A program made the position numbers and the translations under genes. Positions 13,601 to 25,600 of a stretch of 64,000 bases of DNA are shown one piece after another. Numbering within the stretch: position 1 is the first letter of the stretch; every line of letters begins with the position of its first letter. The notes under the pieces are model-generated. The model did not search any database, was not told where the DNA came from, and worked only from the letters and a program-made list of their open reading frames with translations. The stretch is taken from assembly GCA_001724265.1 (NCBI GenBank), contig MEDY01000124.1, positions 1 to 64,000 on the forward strand, in the 5' to 3' direction. This DNA is from Rhizaria sp. SCN 62-66. Lineage: Eukaryota.

Positions 13601-16600
13601 GTACTGGCACAGGAACTGGCACAGGTACCGGCACAGGTACTGGCACGGGCACGGGCACTGAAATCCCCGAAGTATTGCCACCCACATCTGGCGGCACTAG
13701 CGAGGGCAGTAACCCCATCGACAGTGCCGCGCGTACCACTGCGCGTGCGTTTGTGGCTGAGCGCGCGGTTGAGCGGCAAAAACTCCGGGCTGCCGCAGAG
13801 GAGAAGGTACGTTAGTCCTCTATATCTTCAGTCCATTTAATTTCTATTATATTCACAAATTTATCAAATCGCAAATCTATCACAATTTCTGTCTTTGTTT
13901 TGGATTTTTATTTCCGTTTTACGAAGGCGCGCGCTGCGGGTGGCGATGCTGCTACTATTCTCGCCGCTGGCGACAAGGCCCTCGCTGATGACACTGCAAC
14001 CTCCGGTGATCTGCCGACCACCGTTGGCGCGGCTCTACTGCAGTACGCGCACAAGCTTGCTGATGTGGGCGATTACGACCGTGAACACACCTTCATCGAG
14101 GCGCTGCGTGGCCCGCTCGTGACGTCTGTCATCGGCATCAGCATCGAGGGCTTCACGTACGGCACGCTCAACGAGGCGCAACGAACCAAGGCGCCCATGG
14201 GCATCAGTTTCTGGCTGAACTCAGAAAGTATCAGCGGACTGGAGCGGCTGGCCACGGACCTCTTCTACAACCGCAACACCACCATGCGCCTCACGGGCCT
14301 CGGCGCGCCTGTCATCGCCGCTGCGATTGCGGGCAACAACACCGTGAATTCCGGCAACGGCACCAGCAGCGGCAGCACTGCCGCCAGCAGCGCAAACATT
14401 GGCGCTGCGAGCACTACTGCGCCGATGAGCGTCGGCGTGCCTAGCAACGACGGGCTTAGCGGCCGCGACCGCCTCTCCAGCACTGACGCGGAACGGCTGC
14501 GGCTGGCCAACGCGTCCCCAACGCCCGCCATGACGACTACGGAGGCGCTGGGCGGCTGCTACGCGCAGCGCATTCTTGACCGCGTTGCACTGCATCTCGA
14601 CGTACCCACGGACGAAGACGGCACGCCGCTGCTAGAGCTGCACTCAGTCGACACACCGCACACGGAGTCGCTGACTGGCAACGCGGCGGCTGATGTTGCG
14701 CTTGGCCGACGCATCGCCACACCGCTTTCTTTTGGTGGCGCTAGGTCATTTAACACAATGGGCGGTGACCAGGGCTTCCGCGAGCGCTTTACACTGACTC
14801 GCGAAGACTTGAACTCCAAGACTGCGCTTAGCAAGGTGCTTAGACTGCTCGCGGATACAATGACTGCGCGCAGAACCGCGCCCATGGCATCGCACGCGTC
14901 TGCGTCACGCAGCGTGCTTGCTAGCGCAGCCAACAGTGCGCGGCTCAACGAGGGCATTCTGCCCGTAACAGCAGGCGCTGACAGCAGCAATAGCGCGTTT
15001 AGCAGCGGCACAGGCACTGTCTCGGTCACGCCGCTTGCTGCCACTGCCATCGGTGGTCAGACTGAGCGCGCAACGTTCCGTCCCAGCGCAGCCGTGTCGG
15101 GCCCCGCAATTAACAGTGGGCTTGCGGCGGGCAGCTACACCTCGCGCAGCAGTAGCAGCAACAGTGCTGCTAGCTCAAGCGCGGGCGCGAGCAGCGGCAG
15201 CCGCGGACTGCAGTCAGTCACGATGACGACCGAGTGGGCCGCTGCCGCTGCAATGGTAACCGCGCCGACAAGCGACTCGTCCCGCTCCACCGCGCTCAGC
15301 ACTATCACGCGCGGTGTTGCGCTGCGCGAAGCCACGTTTGCACCGGTACTTGCGGTTGCGGAGGGCGATGAAAGCCAGCTCTTCCATGGCGCAGTCCGCG
15401 CGAACTTCAGCATCAACACGCCGCTGCTGCCTACTGTCTCCATTCCTGCGGTGGGTTTTATGCTGCAGCGCGCGTCAGGCGCGAGCAATCACATGGGCGC
15501 GCTGTTCCTGCCGCAGCTCTCACTGGGCAAGTCTGTGACGTGGTACGCTCCCGCAGTTGAGGGCGCGTGGTTGTCCGATCTGCCCGGCTCAGTGCAAGTG
15601 CTGCTTGACTTGCTCAACGACGACGCGCGCGGCAAGGGCTTTGCTGTCTCGTCCGCCAACACCGACGAGGACATGCTGGTCAAGGGCAGCAGCATTGCGA
15701 CAGATCTTGTGCTTGATGGCGGTGCGATGGTGGGCGAGATGATCAATGGAGTGCTGGAAGGCGTCTCAGTTCTCGACGTTAGTCTTAAGCACGGGCTCAA
15801 CCTTACTCTTAATCTGCCTCTCGACTCGCCGCTTGCAACCGGGATTAAGGACGTCGTCCTCGGTGTCGGCATCGGCATTCCGGCGGGCTACTCGACAGTG
15901 CAGATCTATGATGCCGCGTCTGCGATGAACGCCATCGACAGGTTCTTTTTCTCTCTAGATGAGGCGGACTCTGCGGCAGCAAACAACGGCTCTGCAAGCA
16001 GCACCGCGCGTGTCACGGTGCTCAACACCGGAGACAGCGGTGCGCACAGTGTTAGTCGTTTGCCCGACGCAGTGCCCGTTGCGCACAGTAATCCGCTCGT
16101 TGCACTTCGCTCTCTTGCCACTGCAAATAACGTCACAACAAGCAGCAACCAGAACTTTAACGCACTTGACGCGCTGTTGACTGTGCTGCCTGCGTCTAGC
16201 CGCACAACTGTGCTGGAGGCGCTGCCGCAGAACTTGCGCTCCGCATCTGCGCGCGCTGCCTACCCGGAGTTCGTACCCAGTGCTGCGGCTCTTGAGGCGT
16301 TGTCAGAACAGCGTGCGGCCGCGCGTGCAGCATCGACTACTACCGTCCCTGCAACACGGGCTAGCCCGAATGCGGTCTTGAGCGCAAGTGCTCGCAGCGG
16401 CCGCATGTCTACTCTTGCGGCGACGACCAACAGCACAAAGAGCAAGAGTGCAATCACCCTTAGCAGCGGCAAGGGTATGGCACTGTCCCCGCTTGTTGGC
16501 GTCTCTTTGCCCAATATCACGCTGCACAAGGGTGTCAACGACTGGCTGTTGGGCGTGCACGTGCGCACCGACGGCGAGGCCACCGACTTCCTCAAGGACT

Positions 16601-17214
16601 TCATGATGGGCTCCGACGTCTCTCTTGGCCTCACAGCCGCCGTTGAATCGCCCTACGGTGACGCAGTCGTGCCCCCACTGCGCATTGATCTCGCGGGCCG
16701 AAACTACTTTGGTGAGGTGATTCGCGACGTCGAGCTGTGGATTAAGCTCAAAGCCATCAACCCGTTCCGCGAGTCGTGCGCGCTCCAAGTGCTTGGCCGC
16801 GCAATGCTGGGTGAGTTCCCCGTCGTCGGCGGCACCGTGCATAACGTCAGCTTCGACATTTACATGCACGACCCGATCGGCGTGCCGTTCTTCTACGGCC
16901 CGCTTAAGACGCCCAAGTTCGTCGCGCGCGCAGACCTGATCCGGTCGCGCGAGGCGCCGCAGACCGTGCTGCAGATGCTGGGCATTACCAGCGGCGGCGG
17001 CACGTGGGAAGAGCAGGCCGGCGCGGAGGAAGTGCAGATCTCGCTCACGTTGAGCAACTTTGAGGTGTGCACGCGCATGTCGGCTATGTTGCTGCGGTCG
17101 TCGATGATGGTCGATGTGAAGAACTTGCGAGCCGCGGTCACGGTGGGCAATCAGGGCGTAGACGCAATGTTTGATCTCAACAATCTCATTGTGCCGATGC
17201 CGCTAAGTTTCTAA
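10682..17214 (+). CDS. Large single-pass membrane protein with LEA_2/DUF3712-like beta-rich ectodomain, ~2088 aa; exons 10682-11176, 11323-13806, 13927-17214
   Basis: Three ORFs joined by two phase-0 GT-AG introns. Disordered Ser/Pro-rich N-terminus, then basic RRR and a TM helix LVILAAILIAVIIVVIVIVLW (~12664-12726), then VHVGIRNPSYFGVGLSSTKLELY...VPIPHIELPRG. Similar beta segments recur (VSLPNITLHKGVN). Stop TAA. Confidence 0.7.
11177..11322 (+). other. Spliceosomal intron (146 nt, phase 0)
   Basis: CAC|GTGCGT ... CCCACAG|AGC, AT-rich; joins the frames of ORFs 10682 and 11302. Confidence 0.8.
13603..13659 (+). repeat. Coding (Thr-Gly)n dipeptide repeat
   Basis: TGTGTGTG... peptide encoded with mixed synonymous codons (ACT/ACA/ACC/ACG; GGC/GGA/GGT). 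Confidence 0.85.
13807..13926 (+). other. Spliceosomal intron (120 nt, phase 0)
   Basis: AAG|GTACGT ... TTTTACGAAG|GCG, very AT-rich; joins EEK|ARAAG. Confidence 0.8.
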
Positions 17215-17777
17215 CGAGCCATTCCAGCAAAGTATACGATGTTTTAAAAACGTAGAAGTCGTGTGACACCCGTGCGCTTGCTCGTGTAGGCTCAGTCATA
17301 TATGTGTCACACTCAGTTAAAGTAACGTTTTTTTTTGTTGAGTTTACAAGGTCATGTTTTTTGTTGCTTTCAATCTTAATCAAGTTGCGACATACGACCT
17401 TCAAATTACGTTTCCACCTTTCTGTGATCAAGTTAGTTTCCTAGTGATACCTTTTAATCCACACCACACGTGCATACGTGTTGTGGTATTTGTATGTCGC
17501 AGCTTGTTCTCAAATTTCCCATGTACGTTTCCCACTTTCTATTTTGTTTTGATGTTATCACGTCGTGATATGTGTTGTTTGAACGTTTAAAAAGAAGAAA
17601 TTCAAGTGAGAACGTCCAATCTTAGCTGTGAAGAACAAGCGATGAAATACACAATAAGAGTAAGTCAAGCAATAATTTATTGCAATACAAGAAGAACTAA
17701 TGTAGAACGTCTTTTAAAATATTGTAGCATGATCTAAGTAACATAATTTTCTGATTTCTGTCTCAGCGCTCGTCTGA

Positions 17778-20425
17778 TCACTTGTGCGGAGACTGAGATT
17801 GCTGCTGTTGCGGAGACATCGGTCCTCGCATCGGCGACTGCAGCTGCTGTCGCTACGGTTGCTGCCGCTGTTCGTGCACTGTCGCATTCGTAGCAGACGC
17901 GGGGAGCTTGCCAGTGACAAGGAATACAGTCGCTGTGGCCGCCGTCGACGCCCCTGTGTAGGCCAGTGAGGTCAACCGCGACCAGATGCTCCCATCCTCT
18001 CCCTCGTTCTCAGTCTCTGCGTCGGCCACAGGAAGTTGCTGTTGCCCGGGACCACTTGCGCCCACAGTCGCCGCGGTGACTGTGCCAGCCACAGCGCCGC
18101 CACTGTCGTCGTTGATATGGCAGTCGCGGTGAGCACCGGTGCACGGAACGAGAGTGAGTGCGTTAGCGGGGAGATGGCTGATAGCGTCGCAGTTATCACT
18201 TGTTTCGTGGGTCAAGTTACCAGCAACACCAACGGCACCCTGCTCAGCTGCGGAAGTTGCCGTGAGCGCATTCCTAACAGCCTCTCCACTCTGTGCACCG
18301 GCATCATCGAACATAAGCCGCCTGGCGGCCTCGTCCCTCTCCTGCACGCAGTCGCCCAGCGCCTCGGGCCCCTCCTGTCCACAGTCACCACTACCGTCGC
18401 CCGCCAGGCTGTCGGCGGGCGGCGCCAGCGCCCAGCTCAGCCACCCCACGAGCATTCTAGCCGCGCCCGAGCCCGCGTCATCGCCCTTGGATCCACCACC
18501 GTAGCCGCCGCCGCGGCCGCCACCGCCACTGCTGCTGTTGCTTCTTGCGTTCGTGCCGCCGCTGAGGTCGACGCCGCAAAGGGTCACGAGTGCCCGCGCG
18601 TACCCGCGCCAGCCGCCGACGCCGTGGTGCGCGCCCAGCACGCGCGCCCCAGCACGCAGCCGCAGCGCCAGCCCCAGCACCAACAGCAGCCGCGCCGCGG
18701 CGGCCAGCGCCGGCAGCCGCGCGTCGCCGCCGCCCACGGCCGGGGCCGCGTTGCGTCGCAGCAGCACCGTCGCGCCGCCGCTGCCACTGCCGCCGCTGCT
18801 AAACATGCCCCCCCGCGCCGGCGCCGCGAGGTTGATGCTCCCCGCGCCCGCGCCATTCGCGCCCGCGCTGGCACCGGAGCAGGCGAAAAAGCGCGGCGTG
18901 ACCAGGTCCAGCGGCACAACGGCCATGCGCGCGAGCACCGCCGCGGCGGCCCGCGCGACCGCGGTGCCGCCCGCGCGCCACGCCAGCGCGAGGCAGAGCA
19001 CGTCCACGAGCAGGTCGACGCGGAAGCGCGAGCCGAGGAGGCGGGCAAGCGCGCGGCGCTGGCGGGCCAAGGCCGCGGCCTGCAGACGCAGGCGCGCGTC
19101 CACGGCGGCAAAGCGGCGCTGCGTGGCCGCGGCGTGCGCGGTTAAAGCGCCGTCGAGCCTGGTATGAGTTAGTTCGCAACAAAATAGAACAACATGTAAA
19201 CAAATACAAAGTTGGTAAGAGAAAACATCTCCATACTGCCGTAAATCAACAGCATAACTCCAAATTAATGCAGATTGCACCAAAAACGTGAAAACAACGT
19301 GATTTGCGGTGATATAGCATTATCGTACCTGTTGACGTCGCCGCCAAGCGCCCCCAGCGCCGCATCAGCCCTGGCAAGCGCCGCGTCGTGCTCCGCGAGC
19401 GCGGCCGCGTGGACACCAAGCTCCCGCTCATGTTCAGCGATGCGGCCGTCCATGGCGCCTACGCGCTGCGCCCCGGCCGCGAGCGCGCGGTCCAGCGCGG
19501 CGACGTCAGAAGCCACGCGCTGCACGCGGAGCGCGGCGGCGTAGTCGTTGGCCAGGTGCAGCGCGTGGAGCTGCGCCGAGGCCGCGTTGATGCGGTTCTG
19601 CCGCAGTGCGTTCTCGTCGTGGAGCAGCAGGTAGCGCGCCAGAGCGCGGCCCAGGGAGCCGCGGGAGGCGAGAGCTGCCAGCGCGGGGGAAGACAGCGAC
19701 ATCGCGCTCCCGGGCTGCTGCGTTGACGACAGCGGGCCATGCTGCAGGTGTTGGCGGGTTGCCACAGCCGAGTGACTGTGCGGGGCTGGCGCAGTTAGCG
19801 GCGCCGAGGCCAGTGCTGAGAGCGCGGCGGCGGTCGTCGCCGGAGGGAACGAAGCCGAGGCGGACGCGGTGGGTGAGAACTCGTGCAGCGTAGAGGGCGC
19901 GCAGCCTGCTGCGCTCGCGTTGCTGTGAGCAGACGCGGACGAAGGCGCCGCGAGCGCGATCGCGGACACGGAGGCCGCCGCGGGGAGCAGCGGCGGCAGA
20001 CTGAGCAGCGCGAGCGCGTCCCTGCTCGCGTGCTCGAGCCCGCCACCGCCGGCCTGCGGGGCGCCGCTAATGGTAATCGTGGCCAACGGGCGAGACAGGG
20101 ACGGGAACGAGAGGACCGCTAGAGCGGGTGCAGCCGCTGTGTCTGCGTCCGCGTCGGCACCAGTTTCTGGCTGCTGCGTTAACCCCATTCTTGCTTCTTT
20201 CTCTGTCGCAGTCTCAGCTCCGGAGAATGCACCTGAGTCACTGTGCGGAGGACTCTTAACCTCCAAACGCTCGATGTTGGGCGTATAGGCAGGGCTAGAT
20301 ATGTTGCAGCGCTCGTGCGAGGACACTGTGTTATGAGTTGTAGCTTTGTTTGGAGTTGCATGAGGGAGTGCAGGGCCCGACACGCGCCGCTCATCCGCAG
20401 ACGGCGACGACAAAGGCGAGCTCAT
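17778..20425 (-). CDS. Hypothetical coiled-coil protein with hydrophobic segments, ~825 aa; exons 20425-19329 and 19158-17778; one in-frame TAG (17853-17855)
   Basis: A phase-2 intron joins ORFs 19265..20440 and 17853..19283. Past the TAG the frame continues ...HEQRQQP[TAG]RQQLQSPMRGPMSPQQQQSQSPHK-TGA(17778). The heptad-like region runs from LARYLLLHDENALRQNRIN to IAEHERELG. Confidence 0.72.
19159..19328 (-). other. Spliceosomal intron (170 nt, phase 2)
   Basis: CAG|GTACGA ... ACTAACTCATACCAG|G, with a branch-point-like CTAAC next to the acceptor. Confidence 0.85.
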
Positions 20426-21041
20426 GCAACGTAGTAGCAAAGAGCACTTAAAGTAGTGGCTAGGTGTGCTGCCGCCAACCTATGTCGTAAAAAGAACATA
20501 TCAAAGCCAGGGAGTATGTGAGAGAACGGGTCTGGAAGAGCGTTGTGCGAGTCGTCGGTGTGAGAGCGACAGCGCGATTAGGCGACAATATAGCCTCCAT
20601 TAGAAGGCTTAAAACAGAAACAAACAAATAACAACCACGAAAATAGCATATCAAGAGCTCATATCAAGATAACGAAGTTCTGTCGAGATCAAGCGACTCG
20701 ATTCAAGAAGATCCCAACGCAACGGGTGGGAGTGTCCTGGACCGTTGTGGACCGAAAAAGTATGCTGCACAGCTCGAAGAGTCGTTTCTTTGTCTTGCAC
20801 TTAAACCATGCAATATGACACATTACAATCGTCACTTAGATATGTTGTTATACCCCAGTGCAATTGAGAAAATATTTTTTCTATAACATTTACTCACTTG
20901 CATTAATCCCTTGTTCCTATACCGTAGCGGCTCTCTGCAGAAACGTGCTTGAGTAGGCTCCTCTTCCTCTTGCTCTTCCTCTCGTTCCGTTCCGCCTCGC
21001 CCGCTCTTCCCCTTTCCAAGGGCCCTCACTGAGCCGGAGCC

Positions 21042-22277
21042 ATGTCTTCCGTTGAGATGAGCGCACCCGCCGGCACCCACTCTCACCGCGACGCTTCTTT
21101 CCCCGACTCTGGCGTCCCTTCTGCCCGCGCCTCCGCCACCGACAGCCACCGCGCCCCGGCCGCTGGCTCCGGCGCCGTCTCCGCGTCCCGCAGCAGCGCC
21201 GCGGGTCCCCCGCAGCCGGCTCCAATGCAGCTGACGGGCATGGAGGTCGCCGCCCTGCGCGAGCGCGCGCACGTGAGCGACCACCAGCCGATCATGGGGC
21301 TGAGCAAGTTCCGCACGTTCCACCACTGCGCCGACGGGCCCCGCGCGCAGCGGGCCCAGCACGGCTATGTGTTACGGCCGTCGCTGCCCGCCGTGGTGTC
21401 GATCCGCGACCCCGAGCTGCGGTCGAACCACGTGGCGCTCAAGTATATCCGCGCCGACTCGGCGTCGCAGCTGACGGCGACGTCGCGCTTCTACTATGTC
21501 AAGCGCGACAAGGTGCCCAAGATCCCCAAGGAGATGTTCGACGACGACGAGGAGGACGACGAGAGCAGCCTCATCACCTCGTACCAAGTCAAGACGCTCG
21601 AGCGCAAGACGCTGTCCCCCCGCGCGCGCGCCGCGGAGATGCCCGACCCCGCGCTGTTGCAGGCGCGTAAGTCGCTTTTCGTGGGCGACGACGATGACTT
21701 CTTCAACGCGCTGGGCAAGGACGGCGACGACGACGAAGATGAGGACGAGGACGAGGACAGCAGCGACGACGAGGACGACAGCGACGAGTCCGAGGATGAG
21801 TCGGACGAGGACGAGCTGCAGTGCTGCGTCTGCGGGCAGGCGGAGCTGTCGGAGCCGCAGGTGAGCGCGTGCGGCCACATCTGCTGCGGCGACTGCTGGC
21901 GCACGTGGCTGTCGCGCTCGAGCAACTGCCCCGAGTGCCGCAAGCCTGTCAACCCGGAGCTGCTCAGCGACGTGCCCACGTGCGGCATCTGCGAGGGACT
22001 GCTCGTGGTCGGCGGACTCATGGGCTGGCGCGCCAAGTGTTCCCACATGTGCTGCAAGCCTTGCTGGGACGTGTATCTGGCCGACATCCAGGAGTGCCCC
22101 GTGTGCAACGAGTTTTGCGACCCTAAGGACCTGGTGGCGCAGCGCCAGCCAGACAAGCCCAAGGACTCGGACGACGACAGCGACGACGACAGCGACGATG
22201 ATGACGATGATGACGACGACGATGACGATGACGATGATGATGATGACGCTGCTGCGAAGGACGATGACTCTGATTGA
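21042..22277 (+). CDS. Tandem C3HC4 RING-finger protein (putative E3 ubiquitin ligase) with acidic tracts, 411 aa
   Basis: CCVC...ACGHICCGDCW...CPECR and CGIC...KCSHMCCKPCW...CPVCN, flanked by Asp/Glu tracts. Stop TGA. Confidence 0.88.
   Translation: MSSVEMSAPAGTHSHRDASFPDSGVPSARASATDSHRAPAAGSGAVSASRSSAAGPPQPAPMQLTGMEVAALRERAHVSDHQPIMGLSKFRTFHHCADGPRAQRAQHGYVLRPSLPAVVSIRDPELRSNHVALKYIRADSASQLTATSRFYYVKRDKVPKIPKEMFDDDEEDDESSLITSYQVKTLERKTLSPRARAAEMPDPALLQARKSLFVGDDDDFFNALGKDGDDDEDEDEDEDSSDDEDDSDESEDESDEDELQCCVCGQAELSEPQVSACGHICCGDCWRTWLSRSSNCPECRKPVNPELLSDVPTCGICEGLLVVGGLMGWRAKCSHMCCKPCWDVYLADIQECPVCNEFCDPKDLVAQRQPDKPKDSDDDSDDDSDDDDDDDDDDDDDDDDDDAAAKDDDSD
22171..22247 (+). repeat. Coding GAY trinucleotide tract (Asp-rich C-terminus of the RING protein)
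   Basis: Run of GAC/GAT codons visible directly. Confidence 0.85.
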
Positions 22278-22645
22278 GCTCAACAACAACAAAAACATAG
22301 CGCATAGAACGATGCGCTGTCACGAAACAACCCAGAAGAGAGTCATGCTGAGGCCATTCTCATTCACTGCTGAGAGGCCGTTCTGTGACTCACAAGCGAC
22401 TATTTGCGATACATGTATCGTTAATACAAAGAATACACTAACACACAGTCAAATAACGTCATTAAACTTTATTATTAAGCTTACAGTATTATTAATAGAA
22501 ATACTAACACGTGTTTTGTGTTGAACATCATACATTTGTAAATAACCTTTCGATAACCTGGCCACATAGAACATAATCCATCAGCCTCCAACCATCGCAA
22601 TCATGGCAAAAAGCTTCTCATCGCAGAGACAGAGACAGAGGCCGT

Positions 22646-25600
22646 TCACCGGCGCTGCTGCTTCATCTTGGCAATCTTCTTGGTCGACACGCGCGTGCCG
22701 AGGTTTGTGTCGTTCTTCTCGCGCTCGAGAATGCTCCACACACGCGACTTCTCGGCCTCGATGGCGCGCGTCATCTTGGTCGTCTCGCGCAACCGCTCGG
22801 CCGCGACCAGCTCCGTCGCACGGCGCACCTCGCGCAGCGTCGTCTTGCGCTCGCGCTTGAGCTTCTTGACAAGCTTCTTGGTCTCGACCACCTCGCGGCT
22901 CGAGTCGTAGGTGCGTCCGGGCACGAAGTTCTCGTGCACGCTCGGCGTGAACTCGCGCACGGCCACGGGCTTGGCAAACTTCTGCAGCGGGCGCCGCTTG
23001 AGCGCGACGCGCGCGGCCGCCGTTGCGAGCGACACGCGCAGCGACGCGACGCGGGCCGCCAGCGGGGCGTCGCCCGGCAGCCGCGCGTAGTCAGTCACCT
23101 CGTGCTGCGCCACGGCGTCGGCCGCGCGGCCCGCGGCGGAGCGCTGCTGCAGCGCCGTCAACGCCGTTTGCAGCGGCGCCAGCAGCTCGGGGAAGCACAC
23201 CGACGCGCGCTGCGCCAGCGCGGCGCGGAAGGCAAGCGAGAAGATGGTCGCCAACGCGGCCGCGAGGAAGGTCCTGGAGGCGAAGACGTCGAAGCCGTTG
23301 TGCGGGAGGAACGCGAGAGACAGAGGGATGCGCGACCCGGGGGCCGCGGTACTCGCGGGGGTCGCGTACGCGGCGGCGCCCAGCGCGGCGATCGCGTCCG
23401 CGGTCTCGTCGGCGGCCGCGCGCTCGCGGGCCGTCATCTTAACCGGCTCGGGCGCCTTGGTGACGGCCGCGTCGTACGACTGCGGCGGCTGCACCGAGCG
23501 CACGGCGGCAAGCGGCGCGGCCATGAAGGCGTCGTCGGCGACCGCGTCCGCGAAGGACCGCGCGCACGCCAGCGGGTGCACCGTGCGCAGACGGGGCTCA
23601 AGCAGCGCCGCGCGGTGCGCCGCGTCGCGCGGCTGCATCTGCGACTGTGCGAAGGCGGCCACGCGGCTAGACAGACCGGTGTCGGCGCTCGCACTAGCAG
23701 CAGCAGCCTTGACCGCAGCCTTCTTGCCCTTCTTAGCAGGAGCAGCAGCAGCGGCGGCGCTCGCGTTGCTGTCGGTGGCCGTGGCGTCGGCGGCGGCGAG
23801 GTTGCAGAGCGTGACGAGCGCGGACTGGAGGAAGGAGAAGATCTCTGGCACGAGGCGCTTCGAGTCCTGCGTGTACTCAAGCAGCGTGCCTGCAATGAAG
23901 AGCCCGGCGGCGAGGTCGCGGCCGCCGCGCAGGGGCAGCGTGGCGAGGCACTCGGCCAGCAGCAGCGTCAGCGGCGTCGTGATGTTGTGGCGGAAGTCTG
24001 ACACAGGGTAGAGCTTGCCGACGAGGCGCAGCCCCATGAGCTCGTGCGCGACAGGGAAGTCGCTGCGCAGCGCCTGCGACGGCGCGCGCGGGTCCGGCGA
24101 GGCCAGGCGCTCCTGGATGCTAGTGCGGATCGCGGCCACGAAGTCGCGCGAGGCAGTGGCGGAGAACTTCTTGACGTTGTCCGAGATCTCGAACGCCTCG
24201 CGCGCAACCCAGTCCGCGGCCGCAAGCGTGGGCGCGACCGAGACGAAGGCGGCCGCGGATTGCTGCGAGGAGCCCGCGGGCACGGAGGCCGCGAGCGGGA
24301 GCGCGCCGGCCACGGGCACCACGCTGCTCACAGAGCTGGCGGCGTCGTCAGAGTCGGCGCGAGAGCCCGCGGCGCTGACGAGCTTGCAGGGCTTGCGCGC
24401 GGTCTCGGCGGCGGTCACGCGGCGCACGGCGCGCTCGGTGACGACGCGGAGGTGGCGGAAGAGCGCGCGGAACAGCGTCTCGGAGCGCGACTGGTTGAGC
24501 GAGTCCTCGAGCTTGGGGTTGAAGAGCGTGCGCATGCGCGACACAATGAGCTCGTGGTCCGCAAGCGCCTTGCGCGAGTCGACTCCGCGCGTGGCCAGAG
24601 TGGCCGCGAGGTCGCGATACATCTTGGGCGGGTTGAACGTGAACGGCACTGGGTTCGCCTCGGCCGTGTTGTCCGCGAAGGTGGGCTCGGTGAACTTCAT
24701 CTTGCGCGCGATGCGGCGGCGGCGCTTGCGCTCCTCGGCGTCGCTGTCGTCCGAGCCCAGGTCATCGTCGGAACCGGTGGTCCCCGAGTCGTCGCCGCTG
24801 CTCTTGAGGTCGCTGTCATCGCCGTCGTCGCCGCTGCCGACGGAGCCGGCGGCCTTGCGCGCGGCCTTCTTGGCCTTCTTGGCGTCGCGCTCGCGCACGG
24901 CGTCGTCGAGCATCGCGTTCTCGTCCTCCGAGTCCAGGTCAGAGGCCTCGAACGAGTCGTCGCCGCCGCCGAAGTGGCTGTCGAGCTGCAGGTTGCCGCC
25001 CAGGTCCTCGACGGCCAGGCGCGCCGCCGCGGCGGCCGTGTGGGCAGAAACGGACACAGCGGGGCGCGGGCGCTTCGACTGCGGACCAGTGATCTCGCTC
25101 TCGCTGCCGTCATCGTCCTCATCATCCTCATCGTCGCCGTCCTCGTCATCAGCGTCGGAGTCAGCCTCAGCATCGGCGTCCTCACCATCCTCGTCCTCGT
25201 CCTCGTCCTCGTCTTCGTCGTCTTCGTCGTCGTCAGAGTCGGAGTCAGAGGGCTTGGACGAAGGCTTGCCAGACTTAGCGGCACCCTTAGCGGCGTCGCG
25301 CGCGATGGCGGCCTGCTTGCGCTGCTCCTTGGTGGCGGCGTTGAGCTCCGCCTGCTGCGCGCGCAACTCGCGGGCCGCGTCATAGGCGCCGCGGTGCTCA
25401 GCCTTGCGTAGCAGCTTGAGCTGGTGCTTGCGGTCACGGGACGACATGCCCTCCATCTCATCGTCGCGCTCCTCGCCACTCTCGGCGTTGTCCTCGCCAC
25501 TCGCGGTGTCGGAGCCGGAGCTGGAGAGCTCGCCGTCGCTGTTCATCAGCGTCTCGCCGCCGATCTCGCCCTTGTCGTCCTCCTCCTCGTCATCATCTGA

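Noticed and set aside
13813-13815. TAG ending ORF 11302..13815 (and the TAG at 39854-39856, minus strand)
   Set aside because: The first lies inside the intron starting at 13807 and the second is the intron acceptor. Neither was counted as a stop or a sense codon.
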